Below are positions 30,178 through 39,742 of a stretch of 64,000 nucleotides of DNA, one piece after another. A model generated the notes under the pieces. The model was given only the letters and a program-made list of their open reading frames with translations, was not told the origin of the DNA and did not search any database. Source of the stretch: an uncultured Acidobacteriota bacterium (GTDB lineage Bacteria > Acidobacteriota > Vicinamibacteria > Vicinamibacterales > SCN-69-37); NCBI GenBank assembly GCA_963849525.1, contig CAWKHL010000004.1, forward strand, positions 48,509 to 112,508, in the 5' to 3' direction. The translations under genes and the position numbers were made by a program. The stretch's first letter is position 1. Each line of letters opens with the position of its first letter.

Positions 30178-30756
30178 AAGTTAGAAGACAGAAGTTGGAA
30201 GTGACAGAAAGAAGTAAGGCGTTCGGGCGGAGTCACTCGACCGGCGTGCGCAGCTTGCGGACGGTGGTCGTGAGGATGGCCGTGAGTTGGTTGCACTCGT
30301 CGAGGACCGCTTCGAGTTGCGCCGCGACCCGAGGCTGGTCCGAGGCGATCAGACGCAGCCAGTAGTGACACTCCCGGCTCTCCCGTAGGGCGATGGTGTA
30401 CCGTGCGGCGAGATCGCGTCGCGAGTAGGCCGACTGCGCCTCCGCAATGTTGGCGCCGATCGACGTACCCGACCGAAGCATCTGTTCGATGAGATGACGC
30501 GGCACATTGGTTTGCCGGTTTGCCGCGCGACCTCGCGTGAGAGCGCCAGAAGCCGCTCGGCAAGGCGAAAGCTTCGCGTCGGAAGGGGCTCTGCTATTGT
30601 CATGCCTTGATGAATTGTCGGAGAGATTGGGGCACGCCGGGAGCCCATCGGGCGTTTCATGTACATGAAGTGCTGCCCGCCCGGAGGTTGGGGAACTTGG
30701 CGCTTGCGTCTTGGCACCTCCGGCTTCTAACTTCTGTCTTCTAACTTCTAACTTCC
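30169..30756. mobile_element. Candidate IVS-like or MITE-like cassette: 34-nt inverted repeats bracketing a four-helix-bundle gene
   Basis: IR-L 30169-30202 ggaagttagaagttagaagacagaagttggaagt. The reverse complement of IR-R (30723-30756) is ggaagttagaagttagaagacagaagttagaagc, identical at 32 of 34 positions. The 520 nt between them holds the antisense gene 30233-30603. No transposase present. Confidence 0.4.
30233..30603 (-). pseudogene. Four-helix-bundle protein (23S rRNA intervening-sequence protein family), frame broken once (-1 or +2)
   Basis: N-terminus MTIAEPLPTRSFRLAERLLALSREVAR.. runs in the frame of ATG 30603. The C-terminus ..VPRHLIEQMLRSGTSIGANIAEAQSAYSRRDLAARYTIALRESRECHYWLRLI.. 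is in another frame. Junction around 30505-30530, at the direct repeat caaaccggcaaacc. Confidence 0.7.
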
Positions 30757-30757
30757 C

Positions 30758-32119
30758 ATGAAACCACCCAAGTCGTTCTTCGTCTGTCAGGACTGCGGCT
30801 CGCAGTCGCAGAAGTGGCTGGGGCGGTGCCCGGACTGCGGGGCGTGGAATTCCTTTGTCGAGGAGCGGTCCGCGCCGGCGGGGGAGCGGCGCGCCGAGGC
30901 GCCGGTGCTGGGCGGCGGCGCGGCGCTCCGCTACGCCGACGTCGACGCCGTGGTGGCGGAGCGGTTGAGCACGGGGATTGGCGAGTTCGACCGCGTGCTC
31001 GGCGGCGGCATCGTGCCCGGCTCGCTCATCCTGCTGGGCGGCGAGCCCGGCATCGGCAAGTCGACGCTGCTGCTGCAGGCGGCGGCCGAGTTCGCGCGTC
31101 GGGCGGGGCCGGTGCTCTACTGCTCCGGCGAGGAATCCGAGTACCAGATCAAGATGCGCGGCGAGCGGCTCGGCGTGGGCGATGCGCCGCTCTACCTGCT
31201 GGCCGAGACGTGCGTCGAACGCGTGCTCGAAGAGGCGGCGCGCTTGAAGCCGGCGCTGCTGATCGTCGATTCCATCCAGACCGTCTTTTCGATGAAGCTC
31301 GCCTCGGCGCCGGGCAGCGTGGGGCAGGTGCGCCAGGCGGCCACCGACTTCCTCTTCACCGCCAAAGGCCAGACCCTGCCGACAATCGTCGTCGGACACG
31401 TGACCAAGGACGGGAGCCTGGCCGGCCCGAAAGTCCTCGAGCACGTGGTCGACACCGTCCTGTACTTCGAGGGCGAGCGCCATCACTCACACCGCATCGT
31501 CCGCGCGGTGAAGAACCGGTTCGGCGCCGTGAGCGAGCTCGGGGTCTTCGAGATGACCGGGACGGGGCTGCGCCCGGTCGGCAATCCCTCGCAGCTGTTC
31601 CTGGCCGAGCGGCCGATGAACGTGCCGGGGTCCTCGGTGATGTGCTCGATGGAGGGATCCCGACCCATCCTCGTGGAAGTGCAGGCGCTCGTGAGCGCGG
31701 CGACGTATGGCAATGCGCGGCGGACGGCGAGCGGCCTCGACCAGAACCGCTTGTCGCTGCTCCTCGCCGTGCTCGACAAGCGCGCCGGACTCAACTTGTC
31801 GACCGACGACGTCTTCGTCAACATCGCGGGTGGACTGAGCGTGAGCGAGCCGGCGGCCGACCTTGCGGTGGTGGCGGCCGTCGCCTCGAGCCTGCGAAAC
31901 CGCCCGGTGCACGGTGACGCCGTCGTCTTCGGCGAAGTCGGCCTGGCCGGCGAGGTGCGCGCCACCTCGCAGGCGCCGCTTCGCCTGCGGGAAGCCGCGC
32001 AGCTTGGCTTCGCGCGGTGCATCGTGCCGGAAGGCAACGTCGCGCCGTCCGACGCGCCGCGCGGCGTCGAGGTGATTGGCGTCAGGACGGTTGGCGAAGC
32101 GCTCGACGCGTTGATGTAG
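30758..32119 (+). CDS. radA: DNA repair protein RadA
   Basis: 453 aa. Zinc finger FVCQDCGSQSQKWLGRCPDCGAWNSF, Walker A GGEPGIGKSTLLLQ, KNRFG motif, and a Lon-like C-terminus. Confidence 0.95.
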   Translation: MKPPKSFFVCQDCGSQSQKWLGRCPDCGAWNSFVEERSAPAGERRAEAPVLGGGAALRYADVDAVVAERLSTGIGEFDRVLGGGIVPGSLILLGGEPGIGKSTLLLQAAAEFARRAGPVLYCSGEESEYQIKMRGERLGVGDAPLYLLAETCVERVLEEAARLKPALLIVDSIQTVFSMKLASAPGSVGQVRQAATDFLFTAKGQTLPTIVVGHVTKDGSLAGPKVLEHVVDTVLYFEGERHHSHRIVRAVKNRFGAVSELGVFEMTGTGLRPVGNPSQLFLAERPMNVPGSSVMCSMEGSRPILVEVQALVSAATYGNARRTASGLDQNRLSLLLAVLDKRAGLNLSTDDVFVNIAGGLSVSEPAADLAVVAAVASSLRNRPVHGDAVVFGEVGLAGEVRATSQAPLRLREAAQLGFARCIVPEGNVAPSDAPRGVEVIGVRTVGEALDALM

Positions 32120-32122
32120 GGG

Positions 32123-33034
32123 TTAGCGCGCCCGCCCTCTGGCGCGCTGGCCGGGGGCCGGGGGATCGAAGGTCAGCGGCAGGATCGTGGGATCGATCGA
32201 ATAACTCGTGATCGTCGTCGTCGAACGGCCGGCGACGTCGCTCTCGCGCACGATCGTGTGGGGGAGCAGGATGCCGCGTTCGGGGCGGAAGTCGCGGTAG
32301 GCGATGGTGTACTCGCCCGCCTGACGCCGGATGTCGGGCAGATAGCGCGCGATCAACCGGCGCGGCAGATGGGACACCGGGTCCATCAGCAGCTGGCCGG
32401 CGTCGCCGTCCGGGCCCTGGATCTCGAGGATGAGCGCGCCCCGGTCGGCGCCGCTCGCGACCGTGCCGGCCGCCGTGTAGGTGACCATCCGGGCGTCCTC
32501 GAGCCACGAGGGGACCACGCCGGCCGCGAAGTTGACGAGGGCTTGGCGGGCCGCGCGGGTTTCGGCGCGGGCTCGCACGGCCGGATCGCTCGACGACCCG
32601 TCGCCAACGAGTCGTCCCGCGCCGCCGAACCAGCCGTGCGTGCCGTTGAACCCGATGACGGCGATGTCCGGCGGGCGCCCGGACCGCAGGATCGCTTCGC
32701 GCTGCTGAAAGCGATTCGGGAAGCTCAGCAGGAACATCGCCTGCATCGGCGGCTGCGCGCCGCTCGACGCGATCGTGCCGACGGCCTTGAGCGCGTGCAG
32801 CGCGTTCAAACGCGGCCCGCCAGCGGCCGTGCGATAGGCGGCGACGAGCGCGCGTCCGCGCTCGACCGCCGTCACCGTCGGTGGCGGCGCGGTCTCGGCC
32901 GGCGCGGGGGCGGACGTCCGAGCGGCTGACGAGGCCGCGGCTGCAGGCGGCGCGCCCGAGTGGCCGCAGCCCCAGCTGCTCGCGATCGCGATCGCGATCG
33001 CGGCCGAGAGCGTCAGGTAACGCGCGTGTGACAT
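32123..33034 (-). CDS. Hypothetical lipoprotein
   Basis: Probable start MSHARYLTLSAAIAIAIASSWGC (lipobox) at 33034 inside track ORF 32123..33055. No family recognised. Confidence 0.55.
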   Translation of the reverse strand: MSHARYLTLSAAIAIAIASSWGCGHSGAPPAAAASSAARTSAPAPAETAPPPTVTAVERGRALVAAYRTAAGGPRLNALHALKAVGTIASSGAQPPMQAMFLLSFPNRFQQREAILRSGRPPDIAVIGFNGTHGWFGGAGRLVGDGSSSDPAVRARAETRAARQALVNFAAGVVPSWLEDARMVTYTAAGTVASGADRGALILEIQGPDGDAGQLLMDPVSHLPRRLIARYLPDIRRQAGEYTIAYRDFRPERGILLPHTIVRESDVAGRSTTTITSYSIDPTILPLTFDPPAPGQRARGRAR

Positions 33035-33123
33035 CCGCTCCAGCATAGTGCCCAAGGCGAGGTCGCGCCCTCCAGGCGGCTTGAAAAGACTCGCGGCCGG
33101 TTGACGGAGAACACTAGAATAGC

Positions 33124-34218
33124 TTGGTGATGGGTGTGACTCTCACTCGCGCGCTCTTCATCGCCGTCGTCGTGTACGTGGCCACGCTGCTGCGGCCGAT
33201 CGAGGGCCATCTGTTCATCAATCTGGCGCTGGGCCTCGGCTTGGCGCTGCTGGTGGTCGCGGCCGAGACGCGCCTGCGCAACGCGAAGCTGACCGACCTG
33301 CTCGGCGGGCTGCTCGGGTTCGGCGTCTGCCTGATGATCGCCAAGACGATCAACACCGCGCTCTTCTGGGCGGACACCTCGAATCCGCTCGTGCAGTTCA
33401 TGCACAGCTTCATTCTCGTCGTGCTGCCGTACCTGGGTCTGGTCGTCGGTACCCGGAAGGGCGAGTGGCTCGAGCCGGCGCGGCTGCGGTCGCTGTTTCG
33501 CGAGGCGCGCCCGCAGAAGCGGTACCGCATCCTCGACACGAGCGTGATCATCGACGGCCGCATCGCCGACGTCGTCGAGACCGGGTTCCTCGACGGGACC
33601 CTCGTGGTTCCCCAGTTCGTGCTCAAGGAACTGCAGCAGGTGGCCGACTCGTCCGACTCGATCAAACGCAACCGCGGCCGGCGCGGGCTCGACATCCTCC
33701 ATCGCATCCAGAAGATGGCGGGCGTCGACGTGCTCATCTCCGACCTCGACTTTCCGGACGTCAAGGAAGTCGACCTCAAGTTGATCGAGCTCGCGCGCGC
33801 GATGACGGGCCGCATCGTGACGAACGACTTCAATCTGAACAAGGTGGCGCAGCTGCGCGGCGTCGACGTGCTCAATATCAACGAGCTGGCCAATTCGCTC
33901 AAGCCGCTCGTGCTGCCCGGCGAGCAGATGAACGTCTTCGTCCTCAAGGAAGGCAAGGAATACAACCAGGGCGTGGCGTACCTGGACGACGGCACGATGG
34001 TCGTCGTCGACAACGCCCGCAGCAAGATCGGCAAGAGCCTCGACATCGTCGTCACCAGCGTGCTGCAGACGACGGCCGGGCGCATGATCTTCGGCCGCCA
34101 CGTCGAGCCGGGCACCGTGCACGCGGGCCCCGGGCTGGCCGAAGCTCCCGCCCAGCGCCAGCTGGAGCGCGGTGAGGGAGACGAGGGCCGCCGCCCGCGG
34201 CCGGCCGCTCGCGCGTGA
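33124..34218 (+). CDS. PIN and TRAM domain membrane protein (YacL-like)
   Basis: N-terminal TM segments, then ..RYRILDTSVIIDGRIADVVETGFLDGTLVVPQFVLKELQ..IVTNDFNLNKVA.. (PIN) and ..VGKSLDIVVTSVLQTTAGRMIFG (TRAM). The start may be ATG 33130. Confidence 0.8.
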   Translation: MVMGVTLTRALFIAVVVYVATLLRPIEGHLFINLALGLGLALLVVAAETRLRNAKLTDLLGGLLGFGVCLMIAKTINTALFWADTSNPLVQFMHSFILVVLPYLGLVVGTRKGEWLEPARLRSLFREARPQKRYRILDTSVIIDGRIADVVETGFLDGTLVVPQFVLKELQQVADSSDSIKRNRGRRGLDILHRIQKMAGVDVLISDLDFPDVKEVDLKLIELARAMTGRIVTNDFNLNKVAQLRGVDVLNINELANSLKPLVLPGEQMNVFVLKEGKEYNQGVAYLDDGTMVVVDNARSKIGKSLDIVVTSVLQTTAGRMIFGRHVEPGTVHAGPGLAEAPAQRQLERGEGDEGRRPRPAARA

Positions 34219-34931
34219 GCCGGCCGTCGCGCGCGGCGTGGTGGACGATCGCCGTGGTCGCCCCAGCCGTGATCGTCTACACCACCGTCCTTGGGGTGAT
34301 CTCGCTCCTCTCGACATTGATTGACCGCCGGGGGCGCGTCGCGCATGGGTGCGCGCAGCTGTGGTCCTGGCTCATTCTGCGAACCGCCCGGGTGCGGGTC
34401 GAGCGCCGCGGGACGCTGCCGACGCCGGGGACAAGCTGCGTGTTCGTGGCCAATCACGCGAGCTTCTTCGACATCCCCGTGATCTTCACGAGCCTGCCCG
34501 GGCAGCTTCGCATCATCGCCAAGGCGGGGCTCGGGCGCGTGCCCTTCATCGGCTGGCACCTTCGTTTGGCCGGCCACCTGCTGGTCAACCGCCAGAAACC
34601 CGGCGCCGGCGTTTTCAAGAAGATGCAGCGCATGGCGCGGCACGGCGTGTCGCTCATCGTGTTTCCGGAAGGCTCGCGGTCGCGCGACGGCCGCGTGGCG
34701 AAGTTCAAAGCCGGCGTGTTCCTGCTGGCCGTCGAAGCGCATCTGCCGATCGTGCCCGTGAGCATCTCGGGGACGCGTGCGGTGATGCCTCGAGGCGGGC
34801 TGACGGTCTCGGCGGGGGACGTGCGGGTGATCGTTCACGAGCCGGTGATGACCGACGGGCTGGGGCGCGACGACGTGCGCGCGCTCGCGTCCAGCGTGCG
34901 GGAGATTGTGGCCGCGGGAGTCAACGCGTGA
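34215..34931 (+). CDS. plsC: 1-acyl-sn-glycerol-3-phosphate acyltransferase
   Basis: 238 aa. ..FVANHASFFD (HX4D motif)..VFPEGSRSRDG.. The GTG start overlaps the previous stop. Confidence 0.85.
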   Translation: MSRPSRAAWWTIAVVAPAVIVYTTVLGVISLLSTLIDRRGRVAHGCAQLWSWLILRTARVRVERRGTLPTPGTSCVFVANHASFFDIPVIFTSLPGQLRIIAKAGLGRVPFIGWHLRLAGHLLVNRQKPGAGVFKKMQRMARHGVSLIVFPEGSRSRDGRVAKFKAGVFLLAVEAHLPIVPVSISGTRAVMPRGGLTVSAGDVRVIVHEPVMTDGLGRDDVRALASSVREIVAAGVNA

Positions 34932-35557
34932 CCGGGGAACCGTTGGCGCTCGACGTGGCCGCCGACGTCGACGCGATCGTCGTGCCCGCGTGGTGCGTGG
35001 TCGAGGACGTCGTCGTGCGCGAACGCGACCTGCGGCTCGACGGTCCGCTGCGCGAGGCCGCCGCGGCGATGCGAGCGGGCCGCGAGCCGGCCGAGCTCAC
35101 CGCGGCCGTCCGCATGATGTACAAGCGCGTGGGGCTCGACCCGACCAAGACGCGGCCGTCGTCGGAAGCCCTGCTCCGGCGCGTGCGGCGCGGAGACGAG
35201 CTGCCGCGCATCAATAGCCTGGTGGACATCATCAACTGGAGCTCGCTGCTGTCGCAGCTGCCGTTCGGCCTCTACGATTGCGCCGCGATTCGCGGGGCCG
35301 TGACGCTGCGCCTGGGCCGCGCGGGCGAGCACTATGCGGGCATTCGCAAGGACACGGTGCACGTCGCCGGCCGGCTGACGCTGGCCGATGCGGAGGGCCC
35401 TTTCGGGAACCCCACGTCGGACTCGGCCCGAACCATGGTCACGCCAGCCACCACGCGGGCGCTGGTCGTCATCTTCGCGCCCGCCGACACGCCAGCGCGA
35501 ACGCTCGAGGCCGTGATGGCGGCGACGAAGACGAGGATTGAAACCTACTGTCGTTAG
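34928..35557 (+). CDS. B3/B4 tRNA-binding domain protein (PheT-beta related)
   Basis: GTG 34928 overlaps the plsC stop. ..YKRVGLDPTKTRPSSEALLRRVRRGDELPRINSLVDIINWSSLLSQLPFGLYD.. is characteristic of the family. Confidence 0.7.
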   Translation: MTGEPLALDVAADVDAIVVPAWCVVEDVVVRERDLRLDGPLREAAAAMRAGREPAELTAAVRMMYKRVGLDPTKTRPSSEALLRRVRRGDELPRINSLVDIINWSSLLSQLPFGLYDCAAIRGAVTLRLGRAGEHYAGIRKDTVHVAGRLTLADAEGPFGNPTSDSARTMVTPATTRALVVIFAPADTPARTLEAVMAATKTRIETYCR

Positions 35558-35679
35558 GGGTTCCGGGGTTCCGGGGTTCCGGGTACTCGGGTTCGGTGGC
35601 CGCGAACCTCGGCACCGAGAACCTCCGGAACCCTCGAACCGGAACCCGGGCACCCGGGAACCTCGGAACCTCGGAACCC
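35558..35679. repeat. Inverted 8-nt arrays, GGGGTTCC / GGAACCYC family
   Basis: ggggttccggggttccggggttccgggtactcgggttcgg ... gaacctccggaaccctcgaaccggaacccgggcacccgggaacctcggaacctcggaaccc. Starts directly at the stop TAG 35555-35557. Confidence 0.9.
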
Positions 35680-35697
35680 TTGTCCTACTAGAATCAA

Positions 35698-36864
35698 GTG
35701 CTTATGCCCTCCGTGGGAGTGATCATCGTGGCGGCCGGGCGCGGCGTTCGGCTTGGGGCGTCGGTGCCGAAGCAGTTGCTCGAGATCAGTGGGCGGACCA
35801 TGCTGCGCTGGAGCGTTGACGCCTTCGACGGCCATCCGGCGGTCCGCCACATTGTCGTGGTCTTGCCGGAGGAGCTGGTTGAGCGGGGCGCGGCGCTTGT
35901 TGGGGCCACGCGGCGCCCGTGCACGTTCACCGCGGGCGGCGAGCTTCGAACCGACTCGGTTCGTCTCGGCCTCTCGCGGCTGGCCGATGACGTCGACCTC
36001 GTGCTTATTCACGACGCGGCGCGTCCGTTCGTCGACCGCGCACTCGTCGACCGCGTGATCGCGGGTGCGGCCGAATTCGGGGCGGCCATTCCCGGCGTGC
36101 CGGCGCGCGACACGGTCAAGCGCGTCGATGTCGAACGGAAGATGATCGTCGAGACGCTGCCGCGCCGGGAGATCTGGCTGGCGCAGACGCCGCAGGGCTT
36201 TCGCCGGGCGGTCATCGAACGTGCGATGCAGGAGGCCGGACGCCGCCAGGACGCGACCGACGATGCGCTCCTGGCCGAGTGGGCGGGGCAGCCGGTGCAG
36301 GTCGTGGAAGGCGACGAGCGAAACATGAAGATCACGACACAGGACGATTTGCAGGCGGCGCGCGCGGCTGCGGCCGGCGCACCCCGCGTGGGCACGGGCT
36401 ACGACCTCCATCGGTTGGTGGACGGCCGTGCGCTCGTGCTGGCGGGAGTCGAAGTGGCCGCCGACCGTGGCCCCGACGCGCATTCGGATGGCGACGTGGT
36501 CTGCCACGCGCTCACCGACGCGATTCTTGGGGCGGCGGCCGCCGGCGACATCGGCCAGCATTTTCCGAACACCGATGTTCGATGGAAGGACGCGCCGGGC
36601 CTCGATCTGCTGGCGCGCGCCGTCGGGGTCGTGCGCGCCCAGGGATGGGACGTCTCGAGCGCCGACGTCACGGTCGTGCTCGAGCGGCCGAAGCTCGTGC
36701 CGCACGTCTCCGAGATTCGCGCCCGTCTGGCCGGCGTCCTGGGCGTGGGCGTCGAGGCCGTGGGCGTGAAGGGCAAGACGAACGAGGGCGTGGATGCCGT
36801 CGGCCGCGGCGAGGCCATTGCCGCCCATGCCGTCGCGGTGCTCGCGGCCGGAGCGCCGCGATGA
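35698..36864 (+). CDS. ispDF: Bifunctional IspD/IspF (MEP cytidylyltransferase + MECDP synthase)
   Basis: 388 aa. N-terminus ..VIIVAAGRGVRLGASVPKQLL..IHDAARPF..TPQGF.. (IspD). C-terminus ..RVGTGYDLHRL..HSDGDVVCHALTDAILGAAAAGDIGQHFP.. (IspF). Confidence 0.93.
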   Translation: MLMPSVGVIIVAAGRGVRLGASVPKQLLEISGRTMLRWSVDAFDGHPAVRHIVVVLPEELVERGAALVGATRRPCTFTAGGELRTDSVRLGLSRLADDVDLVLIHDAARPFVDRALVDRVIAGAAEFGAAIPGVPARDTVKRVDVERKMIVETLPRREIWLAQTPQGFRRAVIERAMQEAGRRQDATDDALLAEWAGQPVQVVEGDERNMKITTQDDLQAARAAAAGAPRVGTGYDLHRLVDGRALVLAGVEVAADRGPDAHSDGDVVCHALTDAILGAAAAGDIGQHFPNTDVRWKDAPGLDLLARAVGVVRAQGWDVSSADVTVVLERPKLVPHVSEIRARLAGVLGVGVEAVGVKGKTNEGVDAVGRGEAIAAHAVAVLAAGAPR

Positions 36865-38348
36865 CGGACGTACGCGTCCGTTTCGCGCCGAGCCCGACCG
36901 GGCATCTGCACGTTGGCAGCGTGCGCACCGCGCTCTTCAATTGGCTGCTGGCGCGCGGACGCGGCGGGACGTTCATCCTCCGCATCGAAGACACCGACGC
37001 GGAACGGTCCACCATCGAATCGGACCGCGCGATTCTCGAAGACCTGCGCTGGCTCGGGCTCGATTGGGACGAGGGGCCGGAGGTTGGCGGGCCGCACGCG
37101 CCCTACCGTCAATCGGAGCGGTTGTCGACCTACCGGGCTTCCGCGCACGACCTGCTCGCGCGAGGCCTCGCGTACTACTGCTTCTGCCGGCCGGACGAAC
37201 TCGACGCCGACCGTCGGGCGGCGTTGGCGGCCGGGCTGCCGCCGAAGTACCGCGGCAGGTGCCGGGCGATCGACCCGCGCGCGGCGGCCGACCGTGTCGC
37301 GGGAGGCGAGGCCGCCGCCATTCGCTTCAAGGTGCCGTTGGATCGCGCCGTCGCATTCGAGGACCTGATTCGCGGACTGGTGACGTTCGACACGGCGGTG
37401 ATTGGCGATCCGATCATTCTTCGATCGGACGGCCGGCCCGCGTACAACTTCGCCGTGGTCATCGACGATGCCCAGATGGCCGTGACGCATGTGGTGCGCG
37501 GCGAGGACCACCTCTCCAATACGCCGCGCCAGATTCTGCTCTATGACGCGCTGGGGCTCGACGTGCCGGTGTTCGCGCACCTGTCGCTCGTCCTCGGGCC
37601 GGACCATGCGCCCTTGTCCAAGCGCCACGGCGCGACCAGCGTGGCCGAATTTCGCGAGCGCGGATTCCTGCCCGAGGCGCTCATCAACTACCTCGCGCTC
37701 CTGGGCTGGTCTCCGGGCGACGGTGAAGAACTCATGTCCGTGCGCGATATGGCGGGCCGGTTCGACCTGGCGAGAGTCAGCCACAGCGCCGCCGTGTTCG
37801 ACACCGGGAAACTGGAGTGGATGAATCGGCATTACATGAAGGAGGCCGGTCCGGCGCGTCTCGTGCGCGAGGTGCAGCCGTACTTCGTGCGGGCCGGCTA
37901 CGTGGCGGGAGAGACGGCCGCGGGGCGCGCCTACCTCGAGTCGCTGCTGCCGATGGTCATCGGGTCGGTGGACCGGCTGGAGGACGCGCCCGCGCGTGTG
38001 GCGTTCGTCTTCGCGTGGGACGCCGCGCGGGCGGCGTCGCTGGTTCGGGCCGAGCCGGACGGTTCGCGCGCGGTGGCCGCGTTCGCCGACGAGATCGCGG
38101 CGGCCGGACCGCTCGACAAGGACGCGTTTCGCGCCGCGGCGGCTCGGGTCCGGGCGCGGACCGGGCTCAAGGGGCGGGGGCTGTTTCATCCCCTTCGCGT
38201 GGCGTTGACGGGTGCCGAGTCCGGTCCGGAGCTCGACCTGGCCGTGCCCGCCATCGATCGCGGCGCCGCGTTGGACGCCGGTGCCGGCGTGGCGGCCGTG
38301 TGGTCGTGCGCCGCGCGGGCACGCGCGGTCGCCGAGCTGGTACCGTGA
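36861..38348 (+). CDS. gltX: Glutamate--tRNA ligase
   Basis: ATG 36861 (ATGA overlap with ispDF). ..RFAPSPTGHLHVGSVRTALFNW..VVRGEDHLSNTPRQ..LSKRHG.. show the HIGH and KMSKS-type motifs. Confidence 0.95.
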   Translation: MTDVRVRFAPSPTGHLHVGSVRTALFNWLLARGRGGTFILRIEDTDAERSTIESDRAILEDLRWLGLDWDEGPEVGGPHAPYRQSERLSTYRASAHDLLARGLAYYCFCRPDELDADRRAALAAGLPPKYRGRCRAIDPRAAADRVAGGEAAAIRFKVPLDRAVAFEDLIRGLVTFDTAVIGDPIILRSDGRPAYNFAVVIDDAQMAVTHVVRGEDHLSNTPRQILLYDALGLDVPVFAHLSLVLGPDHAPLSKRHGATSVAEFRERGFLPEALINYLALLGWSPGDGEELMSVRDMAGRFDLARVSHSAAVFDTGKLEWMNRHYMKEAGPARLVREVQPYFVRAGYVAGETAAGRAYLESLLPMVIGSVDRLEDAPARVAFVFAWDAARAASLVRAEPDGSRAVAAFADEIAAAGPLDKDAFRAAAARVRARTGLKGRGLFHPLRVALTGAESGPELDLAVPAIDRGAALDAGAGVAAVWSCAARARAVAELVP

Positions 38349-38377
38349 CAAGATAGAGGGTTGTGGGCGACAGACTT

Positions 38378-38423
38378 CCAACTTCTGTCTTCTAACTTCT
38401 AACTTCTAACTTCTAACTTTCAC
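38378..38423. repeat. CTTCTAA heptamer array (single orientation)
   Basis: cttccaacttctgtcttctaacttctaacttctaacttctaactt ends 1-5 nt before the rlmB GTG. Confidence 0.85.
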
Positions 38424-39194
38424 GTGTCTCTCATCTTCGGCGTCAATCCCGTGTCCGAGGCGCTCAAGGCGCGGCGGGCGTCGCGTCTCGTCCACGTGCG
38501 CGGCGCCGGGTCGCGCGTGGATGCCCTGGTCACCCGGGCGCGCGAGCTGCGGATTCCGGTCGAGACGGTTGACCGGCTGGCGCTCGACAAGATGGCGAAG
38601 GGCGGCGTGCATCAAGGCGTCGCGGCCGACTTCGAGGCGCTGCCGGCCTACACGCTCGAGGAGCTGGCGGCCAAGAGCGATCCCGCGCCGCTGCTGGTCG
38701 TCCTCGACGGCGTCGAGGATCCCCAGAATGTCGGGGCGATTCTGCGGACAGCCGACGCGGCGGGGGCCACGGGAATTGTGCGGCAGGCGCGGCACGCTGC
38801 GCCGCTTCACGGCGCCGTGGCGAAGAGCTCGGCGGGTGCGGTGAGCTACGTGCGCATTGCCACGGTGGTCAACATCACCAGGGCGATCGAGGAGCTGAAG
38901 GCGCTGGGCGTGTGGGTGATCGGCCTGGACGGGGACGCGCCGGACCCGTACGACGCGGTCGATTACACGGTGCCGACTGCGTTCGTGCTCGGTGGCGAAG
39001 GCTCCGGCATGCGGCGGCTCGTCAGGGAGCATTGCGATCGGCTCGTGGCGCTGCCGATGTCCGGCCAGGTCGAGAGCGTCAACGTCTCGGCGGCCGCCGC
39101 CGTGGTCTTGTTCGAGGCGAGCCGGCAGCGGCGCCGCAAGGCGCCGGGGTCGTCGGAGGCCGCCGAGGCTGGTGACGCTGGCGGCGGACGATGA
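38424..39194 (+). CDS. rlmB: 23S rRNA (guanosine-2'-O)-methyltransferase RlmB (SpoU/TrmH family)
   Basis: 256 aa. ..GVNPVSEALK..LDGVEDPQNVGAILRTADAAG..VLGGEGSGMRRLV..ESVNVSAAAAVVLFE.. Confidence 0.88.
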   Translation: MSLIFGVNPVSEALKARRASRLVHVRGAGSRVDALVTRARELRIPVETVDRLALDKMAKGGVHQGVAADFEALPAYTLEELAAKSDPAPLLVVLDGVEDPQNVGAILRTADAAGATGIVRQARHAAPLHGAVAKSSAGAVSYVRIATVVNITRAIEELKALGVWVIGLDGDAPDPYDAVDYTVPTAFVLGGEGSGMRRLVREHCDRLVALPMSGQVESVNVSAAAAVVLFEASRQRRRKAPGSSEAAEAGDAGGGR

Positions 39195-39330
39195 ACTTGT
39201 CCGGATTCGGTCATGTTGGTTCGTTGGTCCTGGTTTTTGGGGAGGCGACCGAGTCGCCGGTCGGTCCGGGGCACTCCCTGGGGAGGATTGCCCGCTTGCA
39301 AGTACCGTGCTACCATTTCCGTTTTGTCTG

Positions 39331-39407
39331 GCTGGCGTAGCTCAGTCCGGTAGAGCAGCTGATTTGTAATCAGCCGGTCGGGGGTTCAAATCCCTTCGCC
39401 AGCTCCA
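39331..39407 (+). tRNA. tRNA-Thr (anticodon TGT)
   Basis: gctggcgtagctcagtccggtagagcagctgatTTGTAAtcagc..ggttcaaatccc..cgccagcTCCA. Acceptor gctggcg/cgccagc. The anticodon loop tTTGTaa gives TGT. Confidence 0.9.
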
Positions 39408-39655
39408 AGTTCCGGGCGGTCATCCAGAACGCGCATCACTCTGAAGGAACCCCGGCGTTCTACGTGAGATCGCGGAATCACCGCATGGCTCTGAGCCACG
39501 CCGCTGCCGCAGGCGACACAAGAGGCGGGCGATGAGTCGTGAGGCGAGGCGCGTCTCCAGGCGCGGGCCGGACGAGAGGACTTTGCGGGCAACGCCCGGC
39601 GCGGGGCGCCGGCGAGCCAGACACGGAGTGACCGAGCGCGATTGATGATTGATCA

Positions 39656-39742
39656 GGCGAGGTAGCGAAGCGGTCAAACGCAGCAGACTGTAAATCTGTC
39701 GCCCTAGCGGCTTCGAAGGTTCGAATCCTTCCCTCGCCACCA
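39656..39742 (+). tRNA. tRNA-Tyr (anticodon GTA), long variable arm
   Basis: ggcgaggtagcgaagcggtcaaacgcagcagactGTAaatctgt + variable arm cgccctagcggc + ttcgaaggttcgaatccttccctcgccACCA. Confidence 0.9.
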
